The notes: generated by a model from the sequence alone, not told the origin. A DNA stretch of 32,000 nt from Planctomycetota bacterium (GCA_030616775.1 JAUWWQ010000046.1:1-32000), one strand, 5' to 3'; numbered from the stretch's first letter, positions 1-9,779 are shown. Numbers and translations are program-made.

Positions 1-200
1 CCAGAGCTCGTCCGTGAGCAGTGGCTTGGCCATTGGTTCGTCCTCCATGACAACCAAGGAATCGAAATCGCTGCGCACTCATCGGTTCACCTGCTCATCG
101 AACATGACGTTTTGTTAGACGGTCTAAGTCTCAGCCTCCGCAGCGCCATGTGAGCTGAAGGCTTGCAGCGCGCTCGAAGCGAAGCGGGGCGACATGTCGG

Positions 201-2408
201 GTGACCTCCGCTATTGTACGTTGTATGGATCGCGGAGAGATATGCAGCCGGTTTCTGGACGCCGTCGAGTACGAACTCTATCCGTTCCAGGAGGAGGCCC
301 TGCTGGCCTGGTTCGAGTCGGAGGCCGGTCTTTTGGTCACGGTTCCGACGGGGATGGGCAAGACCCTCATCGCCGAGGCGGCCATCTTCGAGGCCCTCCA
401 CGCAGGTCAGCGCCTCTATTACACCACACCGCTGATCGCCCTGACCGACCAGAAATTCCGCGAATTCCAGGATCGGGCGGAGGCATGGGGCTTTCCTCGC
501 CAGGAAATCGGGCTGATCACCGGCAACCGCCGGGTCAATCCCGACGCTCGAATCCGCATCGTGGTGGCCGAGATTCTGCTCAACCACATCCTGGCCGGCC
601 AGGAGCAGCTCGACGACGTGAGCAGCGTGGTCATGGATGAGTTCCACTACTTCAACGACTGGGAACGCGGCGTAGTATGGGAGCTGTCGCTGGTGCTGTT
701 GCCGGCACCCATACGGCTCATGCTGCTGTCCGCCACGGTGGGCAACCCGGTGGAGTTCATCGGTTGGATCAGTAAGGAACACGGCCGCAAGCTCCGACTT
801 ATCCAAAGCGATCAGCGGCAGGTCCCGTTGGAGTTCCTCTGGGTCGGTGACAAGCTGTTGACCGAGCACCTGGTGACCATGCTGGACGACGATGACGCCG
901 AGAATCGCGCCCCGGCGCTGGTCTTTTGCTTCAACCGCGACGAGTGCTGGGAGGTGGCCGAGCGTCTCAAGGGTCTCAAGCTTATAGGCCAGGCCACCCG
1001 GGCCGAGGTGGAAAGACATCTCGACAATGACGCTTTCGCTCGAGGTGCCGGCCCCAAGCTCAAACAGATGCTGATTCGCGGCGTGGGCGTCCACCACGCC
1101 GGGGTGCTGCCCAAGTACAAGCAAGTCGTCGAGGATCTGTTCCTCAAGAAGCTGATCCCCTTCGTGGTGTGCACCGAGACACTGGCCGCCGGTGTCAACC
1201 TGCCGGCGCGATCCGTCGTGGTAAGCACGCTTCTTAAAGGCAAGCGCGGCGAGAAGAAGCTCGTGCCGCCCTCGTCCGGGCATCAGATGTTCGGTCGAGC
1301 AGGCCGACCACAGTTCGACACCAAAGGCTTCGTTTACGCTCTGGCCCACGAAGACGACGTCAAGATCCACAAGTGGCGCCGGAAGTACGACCAGATCGAT
1401 CCGACCTCGAAAGACCCGGGTCTTATGAGGGCCCGCAAGAACCTCGAACGCAAGAGACCCACGCGTCGAAAGACCGAGCAGTATTGGTCCGAAGGGCAGT
1501 TCAAGACGCTCATCCAGGCCGGCCCGGCGAGACTGGCCAGTCGATCCATGATTCCGTATCAGGTGTTGATCTACCTGCTCACCAGGAAGGGGACGCTGCA
1601 TACCGCCCGCGAGTTTCTGTCCAGGCGTTTCAACAAACCCGAAACACTAAAGAAGTTTCAGGATCAACTGGAGCACATGATCGGCAACCTGGAGACCTTC
1701 AGCTTCTTGACCAGAACCGACGACGAGGACGAGGACGCCGTAATCCTCAATGACAACATCTATGCGCTGCTGAACTTCCGAAGCGTCGACCCGCTGTACG
1801 GCTCGTTTCTGATCGGGAAGTTGTCACGGAGCAGCTTCGAGGAAAAAATGCTTGCTCTGGAATCCGTGCTTCCACTGCCGCCGGTGGTCGAGCGGAAGGT
1901 GTGCATCCCCGAAATGGACCCCGGCCCGCTGCAAACCCAGGTGCTGGAGCCGCTGCTCATACAGATGGGACTTGCCACGGTGCGCCCCGAAGGCGGTATC
2001 GCCGCGGTGTTCGAGACCGAGGGCGCGGATTACTGGCAAAGGGAGGACGACACCAAGCCCGCTCTTACCCTGCCGGAAATGCTGAAGATCCTTTTTGACG
2101 CCAAGCTCAAAACGCCGGAGGCTGTTTTTGTTCAGCCCAAATGGGTCGCCGGGGGGATCTTCGAATTCGACTGCGATTTTCACAAGTTCGTACGTGCCCG
2201 CGACATGGTCAAGAATGAGGGCCTGGTCCTTCGACACCTGCTGCGACTTGTCATCCTCACAGGGGAGTTTTTCGCGCAGAGTGATGGCGACCCCGACTAC
2301 GAACGGATCGGTGAACTGGCCACACAGGTCTGCGAACAGGTCGACCCGAGATACACGGATCGTTTCCTGGCCGGCGAGAAAGAGGCGATCAAGCTGGCCG
2401 AGCTGTGA
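201..2408 (+). CDS. Ski2-like DExH-box superfamily 2 helicase
   Basis: 735-aa ORF with Walker A-like VPTGMGKT, motif II DEFH, SAT (LLLSATVGNP), motif V/VI region TETLAAGVNLPARSVV...GRAGRPQFD. First ATG start (MDRGEICSRF) is at about 225; 201 is a GTG. Confidence 0.9.
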   Translation: MTSAIVRCMDRGEICSRFLDAVEYELYPFQEEALLAWFESEAGLLVTVPTGMGKTLIAEAAIFEALHAGQRLYYTTPLIALTDQKFREFQDRAEAWGFPRQEIGLITGNRRVNPDARIRIVVAEILLNHILAGQEQLDDVSSVVMDEFHYFNDWERGVVWELSLVLLPAPIRLMLLSATVGNPVEFIGWISKEHGRKLRLIQSDQRQVPLEFLWVGDKLLTEHLVTMLDDDDAENRAPALVFCFNRDECWEVAERLKGLKLIGQATRAEVERHLDNDAFARGAGPKLKQMLIRGVGVHHAGVLPKYKQVVEDLFLKKLIPFVVCTETLAAGVNLPARSVVVSTLLKGKRGEKKLVPPSSGHQMFGRAGRPQFDTKGFVYALAHEDDVKIHKWRRKYDQIDPTSKDPGLMRARKNLERKRPTRRKTEQYWSEGQFKTLIQAGPARLASRSMIPYQVLIYLLTRKGTLHTAREFLSRRFNKPETLKKFQDQLEHMIGNLETFSFLTRTDDEDEDAVILNDNIYALLNFRSVDPLYGSFLIGKLSRSSFEEKMLALESVLPLPPVVERKVCIPEMDPGPLQTQVLEPLLIQMGLATVRPEGGIAAVFETEGADYWQREDDTKPALTLPEMLKILFDAKLKTPEAVFVQPKWVAGGIFEFDCDFHKFVRARDMVKNEGLVLRHLLRLVILTGEFFAQSDGDPDYERIGELATQVCEQVDPRYTDRFLAGEKEAIKLAEL

Positions 2409-2504
2409 TTTCCTGCTCGTCCGACAGCCCTGAATTAATCGCTGATTTTCGCGGCTGCGGCTTGACGCTCAAGACTAACTTGGTAGCCCCGGCTTAACCT
2501 GAGC

Positions 2505-3368
2505 TTACTTATCCTGCCCTTGTTTGACTGGGTTGAGCAACCGCTTCTTCATGATTTGGGCAATCGGGACCCACTCGCCGGGGTTGTTGGCGGCGAACTC
2601 GTCCATGTCCCGGCCGTCAACGGCGATAAGCGCATCGGCAAGCTTGGAGCAGAATTTCCGGTCACACAGATGAAACGGATCTTTCTGCGCTAAACGGATA
2701 TGGTCTCGCATTCGCTGTAGCTCACGAGAACAACCCGGGTTTGTATCCACGAACGCCGCAATCTGTTCGAATACTGTGCTGTGCTCTTCGAAGAACGTAT
2801 GAACTGTACATTGGACGTTATCGCGTTTGCATTGGTGAATGACAACATCGAGGGAACCGTTCGGTCTCTCGCGCGGCGGCTCAGACGCTCGTATACATCC
2901 CGTTCCATTGAACTCGCCGGTGATCATGTCGCTCAGCGCCGCAAACGTGTCGAGTACAGCCCTCTTGCAGTGCGCACGCAACCGTACAATCATAGCACGT
3001 TCCGTTATACCCGCTTTCTCGTCATGCAAGAAGCGGCTCAGGGCTTGGAGACACGTGCGGGCAGGGCGTAGCTGTTTTGGATTAACCAGCCGCCTTTCTA
3101 TCTTGTCGTAGACATCGACAATACCCGCAGTGTCACGCTGCTGGCAAAGACTGTAGATGTATGCCAAAGGCTGAACCCAGGCATTTTTAATCTCAAGTCG
3201 TGAGTACGTGGACGCTCCTCTGAATCTGTACGTCGACAGAGCGTGTTTGACAGGAGCAGCATGACGCGGGCCCTTTTGCTGTTCGATCAAAAGGGTCGTG
3301 TCAACAAGAACCGTTCGAGAAGCAGGGCTTGGCTCAGCAGGTCTACTGATCCTACGTCCCCTGTTCAT
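2505..3368 (-). CDS. Hypothetical protein, possible divergent PIN-like nuclease (last gene of a 3-gene operon)
   Basis: 287-aa ORF; N-terminal hydrophobic strand plus acidic residue (TVLVDTTLLIE), later YSRLEIKNAW and SKLADALIAVDGRDMDEFAANN resemble the spaced acidic residues of PIN domains. Confidence 0.6.
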   Translation of the reverse strand: MNRGRRISRPAEPSPASRTVLVDTTLLIEQQKGPRHAAPVKHALSTYRFRGASTYSRLEIKNAWVQPLAYIYSLCQQRDTAGIVDVYDKIERRLVNPKQLRPARTCLQALSRFLHDEKAGITERAMIVRLRAHCKRAVLDTFAALSDMITGEFNGTGCIRASEPPRERPNGSLDVVIHQCKRDNVQCTVHTFFEEHSTVFEQIAAFVDTNPGCSRELQRMRDHIRLAQKDPFHLCDRKFCSKLADALIAVDGRDMDEFAANNPGEWVPIAQIMKKRLLNPVKQGQDK

Positions 3369-3373
3369 GGTTG

Positions 3374-3937
3374 CTACCGAGTCTCGTCCATGTCTTCGAT
3401 AAACGCAAGTGCTGTGAATCCTTGTCGGAGGAACTCGGCGCGCACGACCTCGGCATTCTCTCGCACCAACCGCGACTGCCCAAGATCGTTCAACGCCTCG
3501 CGAAACGCCGCAAGTTGCCCTTGTTTCACCGAACCGGTCTGACCAGCGATCCGCACACCATTCTCAAGTACTGCGAGGATCTCCTGGTGCGATTCGCTAC
3601 AGTCACATGCGCTTTCCCACATCCCCGCTACCACGCCTCTCAAGCCTTCAAGGCCCAGCTGCGCCTCGAAGTTGTCCACGGGGTCAATGCTGTCAACTAG
3701 CTCCCGCGCTTCCTTCAACAAATCCATGTCCAACATCTTGTCGGTACGACGCTGAGGTGCCCAACCGCCGTGGCGAACCGGCAAGTCTCTACTGCGCTGG
3801 GTGAGTCCGGAATCCCGCGTCTCCTGAGCTGGAGTCTCCCACTCCTGACTTACACCCGTGGTCCCTGGGCCGGAGGGCATGCTGGACGATTCTCGGCTCT
3901 TCACTACCTCAATCTCAGATGCGCTTGCTGTTTCCAA
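3374..3937 (-). CDS. Hypothetical protein (middle gene of a 3-gene operon)
   Basis: 187-aa ORF, 5-nt gaps to both neighbours on the same strand; no recognised domain. Confidence 0.6.
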   Translation of the reverse strand: METASASEIEVVKSRESSSMPSGPGTTGVSQEWETPAQETRDSGLTQRSRDLPVRHGGWAPQRRTDKMLDMDLLKEARELVDSIDPVDNFEAQLGLEGLRGVVAGMWESACDCSESHQEILAVLENGVRIAGQTGSVKQGQLAAFREALNDLGQSRLVRENAEVVRAEFLRQGFTALAFIEDMDETR

Positions 3938-3942
3938 GATGA

Positions 3943-4737
3943 TTACCTCCGAGTACTAAGAACTGCTGCCTGGAATCGACTTGCTTCCTGCTTCGCTTCC
4001 CGCAAGAAATCTTTGACCTTCGCTTCCTGCGGCGGCCAAACCCAATAGTAGTCAACATCGATCACGAACCCCGCTTCGGGCGATTGTTCTCGCTGCTTGG
4101 CACGCTTGAGCTGATCGAGAAGCGCTTCCCGTTGCCCCTTGGGAAGCAGGTGCGGAGGCGACTTCAGTCGTTCGTCCAGTTGGGCTGGCGCCCACATGCG
4201 ATGGAACGGTCCCGTTCGAACACTGGCGCCTTTCGAGCGATCCGGCAACTCAAAGATGTATGTTGAGCTATACTGGCGAGCCGTAAAACCCGACTCATCG
4301 GATCCCGGGACTCGCCAATCGCTTGAGGGTGCGTATTTGAGAGACAACGCTTCTGCCTCATCGATCGAATCGGTCCCGAGCACGTCGACGTGTCTACTCC
4401 CAAATCGACGCCAATCACGAAGGTCGAATCGCCCCGTGATTGTAGCTAACGTCGTCACCGCAATCGCGTCAAAGTCGCAAAAACGATCTCCGATAGGATT
4501 ACAATCGACGACCAGCCGTTCCGAGTGGAATGCAATCGCCAAGTTCAACTCTGGGCAAATGATCCTAGCTCCTGCAGGGGCAGTCTCTTGCGGCATCCAA
4601 GGATGATTCGTCTCTTCGGCAAGGATCTTCTCAAGAATCAGCATCACCTCACCGCAACGATCAAGATAACGATAACCACGTTCGTATCGGGCTTCGAAGA
4701 TCCGCTGCCGAGGAATAGGGTCTCGTGAAGAAGTCAT
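3943..4737 (-). CDS. Hypothetical protein, weak resemblance to TIGR04255-type sporadically distributed proteins
   Basis: 264-aa ORF with ATG start, first gene of a tightly packed minus-strand set; family resemblance is an impression only. Confidence 0.55.
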   Translation of the reverse strand: MTSSRDPIPRQRIFEARYERGYRYLDRCGEVMLILEKILAEETNHPWMPQETAPAGARIICPELNLAIAFHSERLVVDCNPIGDRFCDFDAIAVTTLATITGRFDLRDWRRFGSRHVDVLGTDSIDEAEALSLKYAPSSDWRVPGSDESGFTARQYSSTYIFELPDRSKGASVRTGPFHRMWAPAQLDERLKSPPHLLPKGQREALLDQLKRAKQREQSPEAGFVIDVDYYWVWPPQEAKVKDFLREAKQEASRFQAAVLSTRR

Positions 4738-5238
4738 TCTCGTTCAGCCAATCCGCAGATTCGTCGGCCTAAGGCGATCTGTCGCCCAGGCGATGATCGC
4801 TCCGATCTCTAAGTATACTCCCGTTGAACAGACAGCTCCAGCACGGAGCCTCTCTATCTTATAGGACGCCCGGGGCGCCTACAAGAACTTCAACAACGAC
4901 CGCTCGTTGATCAGCTGCGAGCGATCGCCGCTCCTGGGGCAAGAACGCACTCTTCTCGTTGCAATACACACTCGTCTCAAGCGACCGTTCGGCAAGGATC
5001 GTCACCCCTTGGGCCTGCACCGGAATAGATACTACATCCAGGATGCCGCCACCAGCGAGGAAACGCTGCTCCGTCGACTTCGCCGCGCGGCAGGGAGCAC
5101 CGCAAGCCGTGGGGCGCCTGTCAGGGCGTAACGTGGGTGTAACATGGGAGCTGCTGCAACAACGTCGCCGCTCTCGCCCCTCTCAGCGGTCAGAGTCGAA
5201 GGCGCATTGCCCTGCGCATGACAAGACAAGCAGCGCCG

Positions 5239-6051
5239 CTACTTGCCCTTGGTGCAGCCAGCGTGTTCCTTATTCTCATGACCGGCGTGGCCGGCATGGC
5301 CCTTGCTTTTTTGATGGCCGCACCCCTCATGCCCGTCATTCTTGTCGTGGGCGAATCCACCGTGTTCTTTGTCTCCGAGACCGGCGCAGCCGACATGCTC
5401 ATGACCAGCGCCGCCCCCGCACCCCAAAGCGCCATGATGTTCATCCACGAAGACGCGCATCTCATCTTCACTCAGCGTTCCGTCGCCATCGGTGTCGGCC
5501 TCAGGATTGTGCTCCAGCATTCTTGCACGGTGCTCCGCCATCTGTTGCGCCCTGAAGGTCTCGAACTCGGCCAGGGACAGCACGCCGTCCTGATCGGTGT
5601 CGGCCTCGAGATGATGCTCCATAACCATCGCACGGCGTTCCTCCATCCGTTGTGCTCGGAAGGCTTCAAACTCAGCCTCGGAGAACACGTCGTCGCTGTC
5701 GCTGTCGGTGTCGGCGGCGGGGTGATGCTCGAGCATCTTCGCACGCTGCTCGTCGGTCATCTTTCCGTATTCCATGCGTCCCATCATTCCGTGGTGCTTG
5801 CCTTCCATACATCCGGGTTTTCGGGCTTCGCCGTGACCGTGCTTCGCGGCGAAGAACGCCTTGATCTCCTCGCGGGTTAGAACACCGTCGCTATCGGCAT
5901 CGATACCCTGATCGCCGAAGCTCTCCAGCAGCTTGGCATGCCCAGATGCAGGGATTGGCTCAGTTGGCTCACCGGCGACGAAGACAACACCCACAGACAC
6001 CACGGAAATGGCGGCTGTCGCGACCACCAACTTGTACACTCGCATCCTCAT
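5239..6051 (-). CDS. Secreted EF-hand repeat protein with His/Gly/Cys-rich C-terminal tail
   Basis: 270 aa; signal-like N-terminus (YKLVVATAAISVVSVGVVFVAG); EF-hand loops DADSDGVLTREE, DTDSDSDDVFSEAE, DTDQDGVLSLAE, DTDGDGTLSEDE; tail GHEHVGCAG...GHEGCGHQKSKGHAGHAGHENKEHAGC. Confidence 0.85.
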   Translation of the reverse strand: MRMRVYKLVVATAAISVVSVGVVFVAGEPTEPIPASGHAKLLESFGDQGIDADSDGVLTREEIKAFFAAKHGHGEARKPGCMEGKHHGMMGRMEYGKMTDEQRAKMLEHHPAADTDSDSDDVFSEAEFEAFRAQRMEERRAMVMEHHLEADTDQDGVLSLAEFETFRAQQMAEHRARMLEHNPEADTDGDGTLSEDEMRVFVDEHHGALGCGGGAGHEHVGCAGLGDKEHGGFAHDKNDGHEGCGHQKSKGHAGHAGHENKEHAGCTKGK

Positions 6052-6361
6052 CGTTCGTTCTCCTTGTCATGTTGAAGCAACCGGGACTCCGCGCTGTTGC
6101 GTGCCCCTCCTTGGCGAACCTCTCATTATACTCATTCGGCGTTCTGTCATCCAGCATCCAACTCGGCTATCGAAGGTGGCCCACCTGTGTGAACCATTGG
6201 CCCTTGAGACGTGGATGGGGTAGCTGAGGCTGCCATGAACGGCCGTCCCCGGGGCCCGCGCGGCGAAGCCGCTGGGGCTCGGTACGGACTCCGAGATCGA
6301 ATGGCCAAGCAATATCGTATCCTGCGGCAGGTGTTGGTGCAGCCGGCGGAGAACTTAGATG

Positions 6362-6396
6362 AAAAAAACAGGCGCCGACCCCCAAGGGCCGGCGCC
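6362..6396 (-). terminator. Intrinsic terminator downstream of the molybdoenzyme Fe-S subunit gene
   Basis: On the minus strand GGCGCCG...CGGCGCC stem followed by TGTTTTTTT; lies about 120 nt past the stop at 6516. Confidence 0.75.
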
Positions 6397-6515
6397 CTGA
6401 CACGTAGAGAATTCCTGCTATTGCAGAAACTCACGTCACACAAGGCTGCAAGGCCCGGCTTCGGAACGCGGGTTCGCCAAACCGCACACGACCAGCGAGC
6501 GCGTTGCGACCCGGA

Positions 6516-7289
6516 TTACGCAGTAAGATCTACCTCAGCGCCCACCTCGAACACGTAGATCCACGACGTTCCGTTCCCCGCAGGATCGCTGCGCGCAACG
6601 GCATAGCCGTCCGCCTCGGCCTGGTCGGCCAATGCCTGGATGTTCTCGAGCGTGTCAAACTGCAGGGCCCCGGTCGGGCACGTGTCGACGCAAGCCGGCG
6701 CCCGGCCGTCTCTCGTTCGTCCGTAGCAAAACACGCACTTGAGAACCTTGTTCTCGTCGGTGCTAAACTTCGGTACACCGAACGGACAATTGTTGACGCA
6801 CATCTGGCAGCGTATGCAGTTATCGTGATCCAGCACGACCGGACCATCGGCGAGTTTCTGCATGGCTGGCGTGTCCGTCCCGTTTTGCGGGCAAACGTTC
6901 ACGCAAGTCGGATCCTCGCAGTGCATGCACTGCCGTTTGGTGAATACGACGTTCGCGTCGCCTGCGTCATAACTGCCCGACTCATGTTCCCCGACATAGC
7001 ACCACGTTTGCGGTGTGAAGTCGGTTTTGAACGTTGTGGGGTCCGTCTCGTTGTCCCACCAGCTCTTGCAAGCGATGTGGCAGGACTTGCAGTTGACACA
7101 GCGTCGCGTGTCGACAAGGACGCCGTACACCGTGGCGGTTGTTTCCTGGGCGTTGGCTGCGGTCTTGGACAGTGCAGCCGGGGCGGCCACAGCGGCGCCC
7201 GCGCCAATCCCTACCGTCTTGATGAAGGTTCTTCTTTGCATATCTGTATTCATGGAGCCAACTCCTAGGCTTTGTAGACTCTTACGCAC
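6516..7289 (-). CDS. Tat-exported 4Fe-4S ferredoxin-type electron-transfer subunit of a molybdoenzyme
   Basis: Twin-arginine MQRRTFIKTVGIGAGAAVAAPAA and four Cys clusters (CVNCKSCHIAC, CMHCEDPTCVNVCP, CIRCQMCVNNCP, CVFCYGRTRDGRAPACVDTCP). True start is probably at MNTDMQRRTF, inside the called ORF. Confidence 0.9.
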   Translation of the reverse strand: MRKSLQSLGVGSMNTDMQRRTFIKTVGIGAGAAVAAPAALSKTAANAQETTATVYGVLVDTRRCVNCKSCHIACKSWWDNETDPTTFKTDFTPQTWCYVGEHESGSYDAGDANVVFTKRQCMHCEDPTCVNVCPQNGTDTPAMQKLADGPVVLDHDNCIRCQMCVNNCPFGVPKFSTDENKVLKCVFCYGRTRDGRAPACVDTCPTGALQFDTLENIQALADQAEADGYAVARSDPAGNGTSWIYVFEVGAEVDLTA

Positions 7290-9625
7290 ACATCCGACAT
7301 CCGGGCGCCCGCAGACCAGTCGCCATTGTCGATACAGCTCTGTTCAGGCCGGTCCACGATGAGGACTCCGTCACCTTGGTCCGCGAAGGTGTTTGTGAGC
7401 CCGTCCATTGTGTGGCCGTAGTTGTGATTGGTAAGGACACAATCGGGCCTGATCCGTTCGGTGAGGACCGCCTGCACCTTCATCTTGCCGTTGGCGGATT
7501 CGATCCACACGGTGTCGCCGTCCGCGATGCCCAGATCGGCGGCGGTGTCCGGATGAATCTTGGCTACCGGCCCCGGGAAGGCGTCCAGAGAATACCGGTT
7601 GTCGGACGTAAGCGGTGCGCTGTGTTTCAGGCCAGCCCACCGCATTAGCAGCAGGTAAAGCGGGTATTCAGCATCTAAAGCTGTGGCCCGCGCGATCCAC
7701 GCGGGAAGCGGCCCGTAGCCCGCTGCCTCCATCTTCTCGCTGTAGATCTCGATCTTGCCGGAGGGCGTGCTGTAGTCGGACTTGGCGGTGTACGGGGCGT
7801 CTTCGGCCCACACGCCGTTTTCCACCGCGAGAACGTCATCCAGCGTCCAACCCTCCACGATGTCGCTCGCCATGGAGTTCTTCTCATCGGAGCTGGTGAC
7901 CCAATCACCACCGGCGAGCTTGAAGTAGTTCGTTCCACGCAGCTCATCGAGCTTCTTACCGAGAGTCATGGCGATGCCGGTCCAACCCTTGGTGTCACCC
8001 AACGGCTGGACGGCACGGTTCCCGGCCATAACAAGCTTCTGCCCTGGTGTGCAGAACTTGCGGTACGAGATGTAGTTGTTCTCGAGGAACATCGGCTGCG
8101 GCAGGACGAGATCGGCAAACCACATCGCCTCCTTGGGCATCGTGTCGGCGAAGACAACATAGTCGAGGGTGGACAGAGCCTCGGCAATCCTCGTTGGATT
8201 CGGGAATGAGAGGAGTCCGTACCTGTAGAGGATCGCCATTTTCAGCCGGTAGGGATCCTGGTCCAGAATCCTCTGCGCTAAGTTCGCGAAAATGCCCCTA
8301 TCCGTTGTGAGGTCCCTGACCAACGGGAAGTTGTGCTTGCCATCGATCGCCCCCTTCTCATCGATCAGCGTCTTGAGATCCTTGGGTGGATTCTCCTCAA
8401 AAGTCAGATGCGCTTTGGGTTTCCAGCCGAACGCCAGGCATGCGTCACCACCATCCCGATCGATGGCACCGACGAATGCGTTGAGGATCAGAGACGCGTG
8501 GGCGGTTTGGAAGCTATTAGCATAGTTCGGTCCGCCAGCGCCATCGCGTTTGTGGATCGGAATGATCGCGGGCTGGTTGGCCGGGTCCGTAAACTCCTCC
8601 GCCAGTCGTATAATCGTTGCGGCGGGCACCCCACATTGGCTTTCAGCCCACTCCGGTGTGTAGGCGGCAAAGTTGGCGCGGATGTCCGCCTCATGGTCGG
8701 CGAAGTTCGTTCTGGCCACGGCCGTCGCGTCATAGAGATCGTTCGTCAGTATGTGGTTTATCATGCCCAGCATCACGGCCAGGTCGGTGCCCGGCATGAT
8801 GGGGATCCACTCGTTAGCTTTCGCGCCGACGACCCCTTGCCACGGGTTCAGACACACGACTCTTGCGCCATTCATCCGCGCGTTGCTGAACTGGCCAGTG
8901 GGCTGGTTCTTGGACCGCTCGGGTTGATCCCAGCCAAAGCTGAGGATGTACTTGGCCCCGGCTAGGTTGGTCCACGGAAGGCTTCCGGTTAGCGCCTTTC
9001 TTGCTACGAATGACGTCGAGAAACATGTATCGTAGTGTGTTATGAGGTTGGGCGACCCGATGGCAGTCAAGAGTTTGGCACCCCAGTCGTACGCACCGTG
9101 CGTGATCAATGCAAACGCTTCGCCGTTGGCGAAGTCAGCAGCGCCTGGCGCCGACTCGGTCGCCGCGGTGATTTGCTCGATCATGGCGTCATACGCCTCG
9201 TCCCAAGTGATCTCCTCCCACTGCGGGTCCACACCGATGCCCTTTTCGGGATTGGTGCGGCGGAGCGGAACCATTAGTCGGTCCGGATTGTACAGAAACC
9301 CGAGAGCCGCTTTGCCTTTGGGGCAAAGATGGCCGTTGTTGAACGGATCGGCTGGGTTCCCCTCGACGTAGACGGCCTCGCCGTCCTTGACGTAGACCTG
9401 CATGCCGCAACGGATCATACAAATCCCGCAAGCGTTGTAGACCATGTCGTCATAAGCCAGCTTGGCGTTCAACGGCGGCTCGTAGCCGTCGGGTCCGGGC
9501 CCAGGTTGCGGACCGGGTCCAGGCCCGGGGTCTGGGGGTTGGAATCCGCAGCCCCCGACGGCGCCAAGCGTGAACGCGGCCGCCCCTGCGGTTTTAAGAA
9601 AATGTCTCCGGGTTTCGTCATCCAT
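7265..9625 (-). CDS. Molybdopterin-dependent oxidoreductase catalytic subunit, Arr/Arx/Psr/Phs/Ttr-like clade, probable Tat lipoprotein
   Basis: CGICMIRCGMQVYVKDGEAVYVEGNP...LCPKG Fe-S motif, RTNPEKGIGVDPQWEEITWDEA, SFGWD, NEWIPIMPGTDLAV; Tat motif RRHFLK then LGAVGGC. ORF extends to 9667, but ATG at 9625 (MDDETRRHFLK) has a GGAG SD. Confidence 0.9.
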   Translation of the reverse strand: MDDETRRHFLKTAGAAAFTLGAVGGCGFQPPDPGPGPGPQPGPGPDGYEPPLNAKLAYDDMVYNACGICMIRCGMQVYVKDGEAVYVEGNPADPFNNGHLCPKGKAALGFLYNPDRLMVPLRRTNPEKGIGVDPQWEEITWDEAYDAMIEQITAATESAPGAADFANGEAFALITHGAYDWGAKLLTAIGSPNLITHYDTCFSTSFVARKALTGSLPWTNLAGAKYILSFGWDQPERSKNQPTGQFSNARMNGARVVCLNPWQGVVGAKANEWIPIMPGTDLAVMLGMINHILTNDLYDATAVARTNFADHEADIRANFAAYTPEWAESQCGVPAATIIRLAEEFTDPANQPAIIPIHKRDGAGGPNYANSFQTAHASLILNAFVGAIDRDGGDACLAFGWKPKAHLTFEENPPKDLKTLIDEKGAIDGKHNFPLVRDLTTDRGIFANLAQRILDQDPYRLKMAILYRYGLLSFPNPTRIAEALSTLDYVVFADTMPKEAMWFADLVLPQPMFLENNYISYRKFCTPGQKLVMAGNRAVQPLGDTKGWTGIAMTLGKKLDELRGTNYFKLAGGDWVTSSDEKNSMASDIVEGWTLDDVLAVENGVWAEDAPYTAKSDYSTPSGKIEIYSEKMEAAGYGPLPAWIARATALDAEYPLYLLLMRWAGLKHSAPLTSDNRYSLDAFPGPVAKIHPDTAADLGIADGDTVWIESANGKMKVQAVLTERIRPDCVLTNHNYGHTMDGLTNTFADQGDGVLIVDRPEQSCIDNGDWSAGARMSDVCVRVYKA

Positions 9626-9757
9626 ATTCTTTCTCCGTGTCTCCTTGTGACAATAGGGCCCACGCATGCCAAGCTACGGCGTATCCCATCCTCGCCGAGG
9701 GTGCTCAGATTTCGCCGTGCCTACCGGTTCTTGTCCGGCGATGTTGGCCGCGCGCTT

Positions 9758-9773
9758 ATGGCAATAGTGCCAT
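9758..9773. promoter_or_regulatory. Putative ArsR-type operator upstream of the molybdoenzyme operon
   Basis: Near-palindrome ATGGCAATAGTGCCAT, matching 14/16 positions of the reverse complement of the site at 10275-10290 upstream of arsR-1. Confidence 0.6.
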
Positions 9774-9779
9774 TAGCGA

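Noticed and set aside
87-1601. 504-aa minus-strand ORF
   Set aside because: Antisense to the well-supported helicase in GC-rich sequence; composition typical of shadow ORFs.
4907-5131. 74-aa ORF with RPFGKDRHPLGLHRNRYYIQ
   Set aside because: Could be a degraded coding fragment, but no family is recognised and it lacks a clear start signal.
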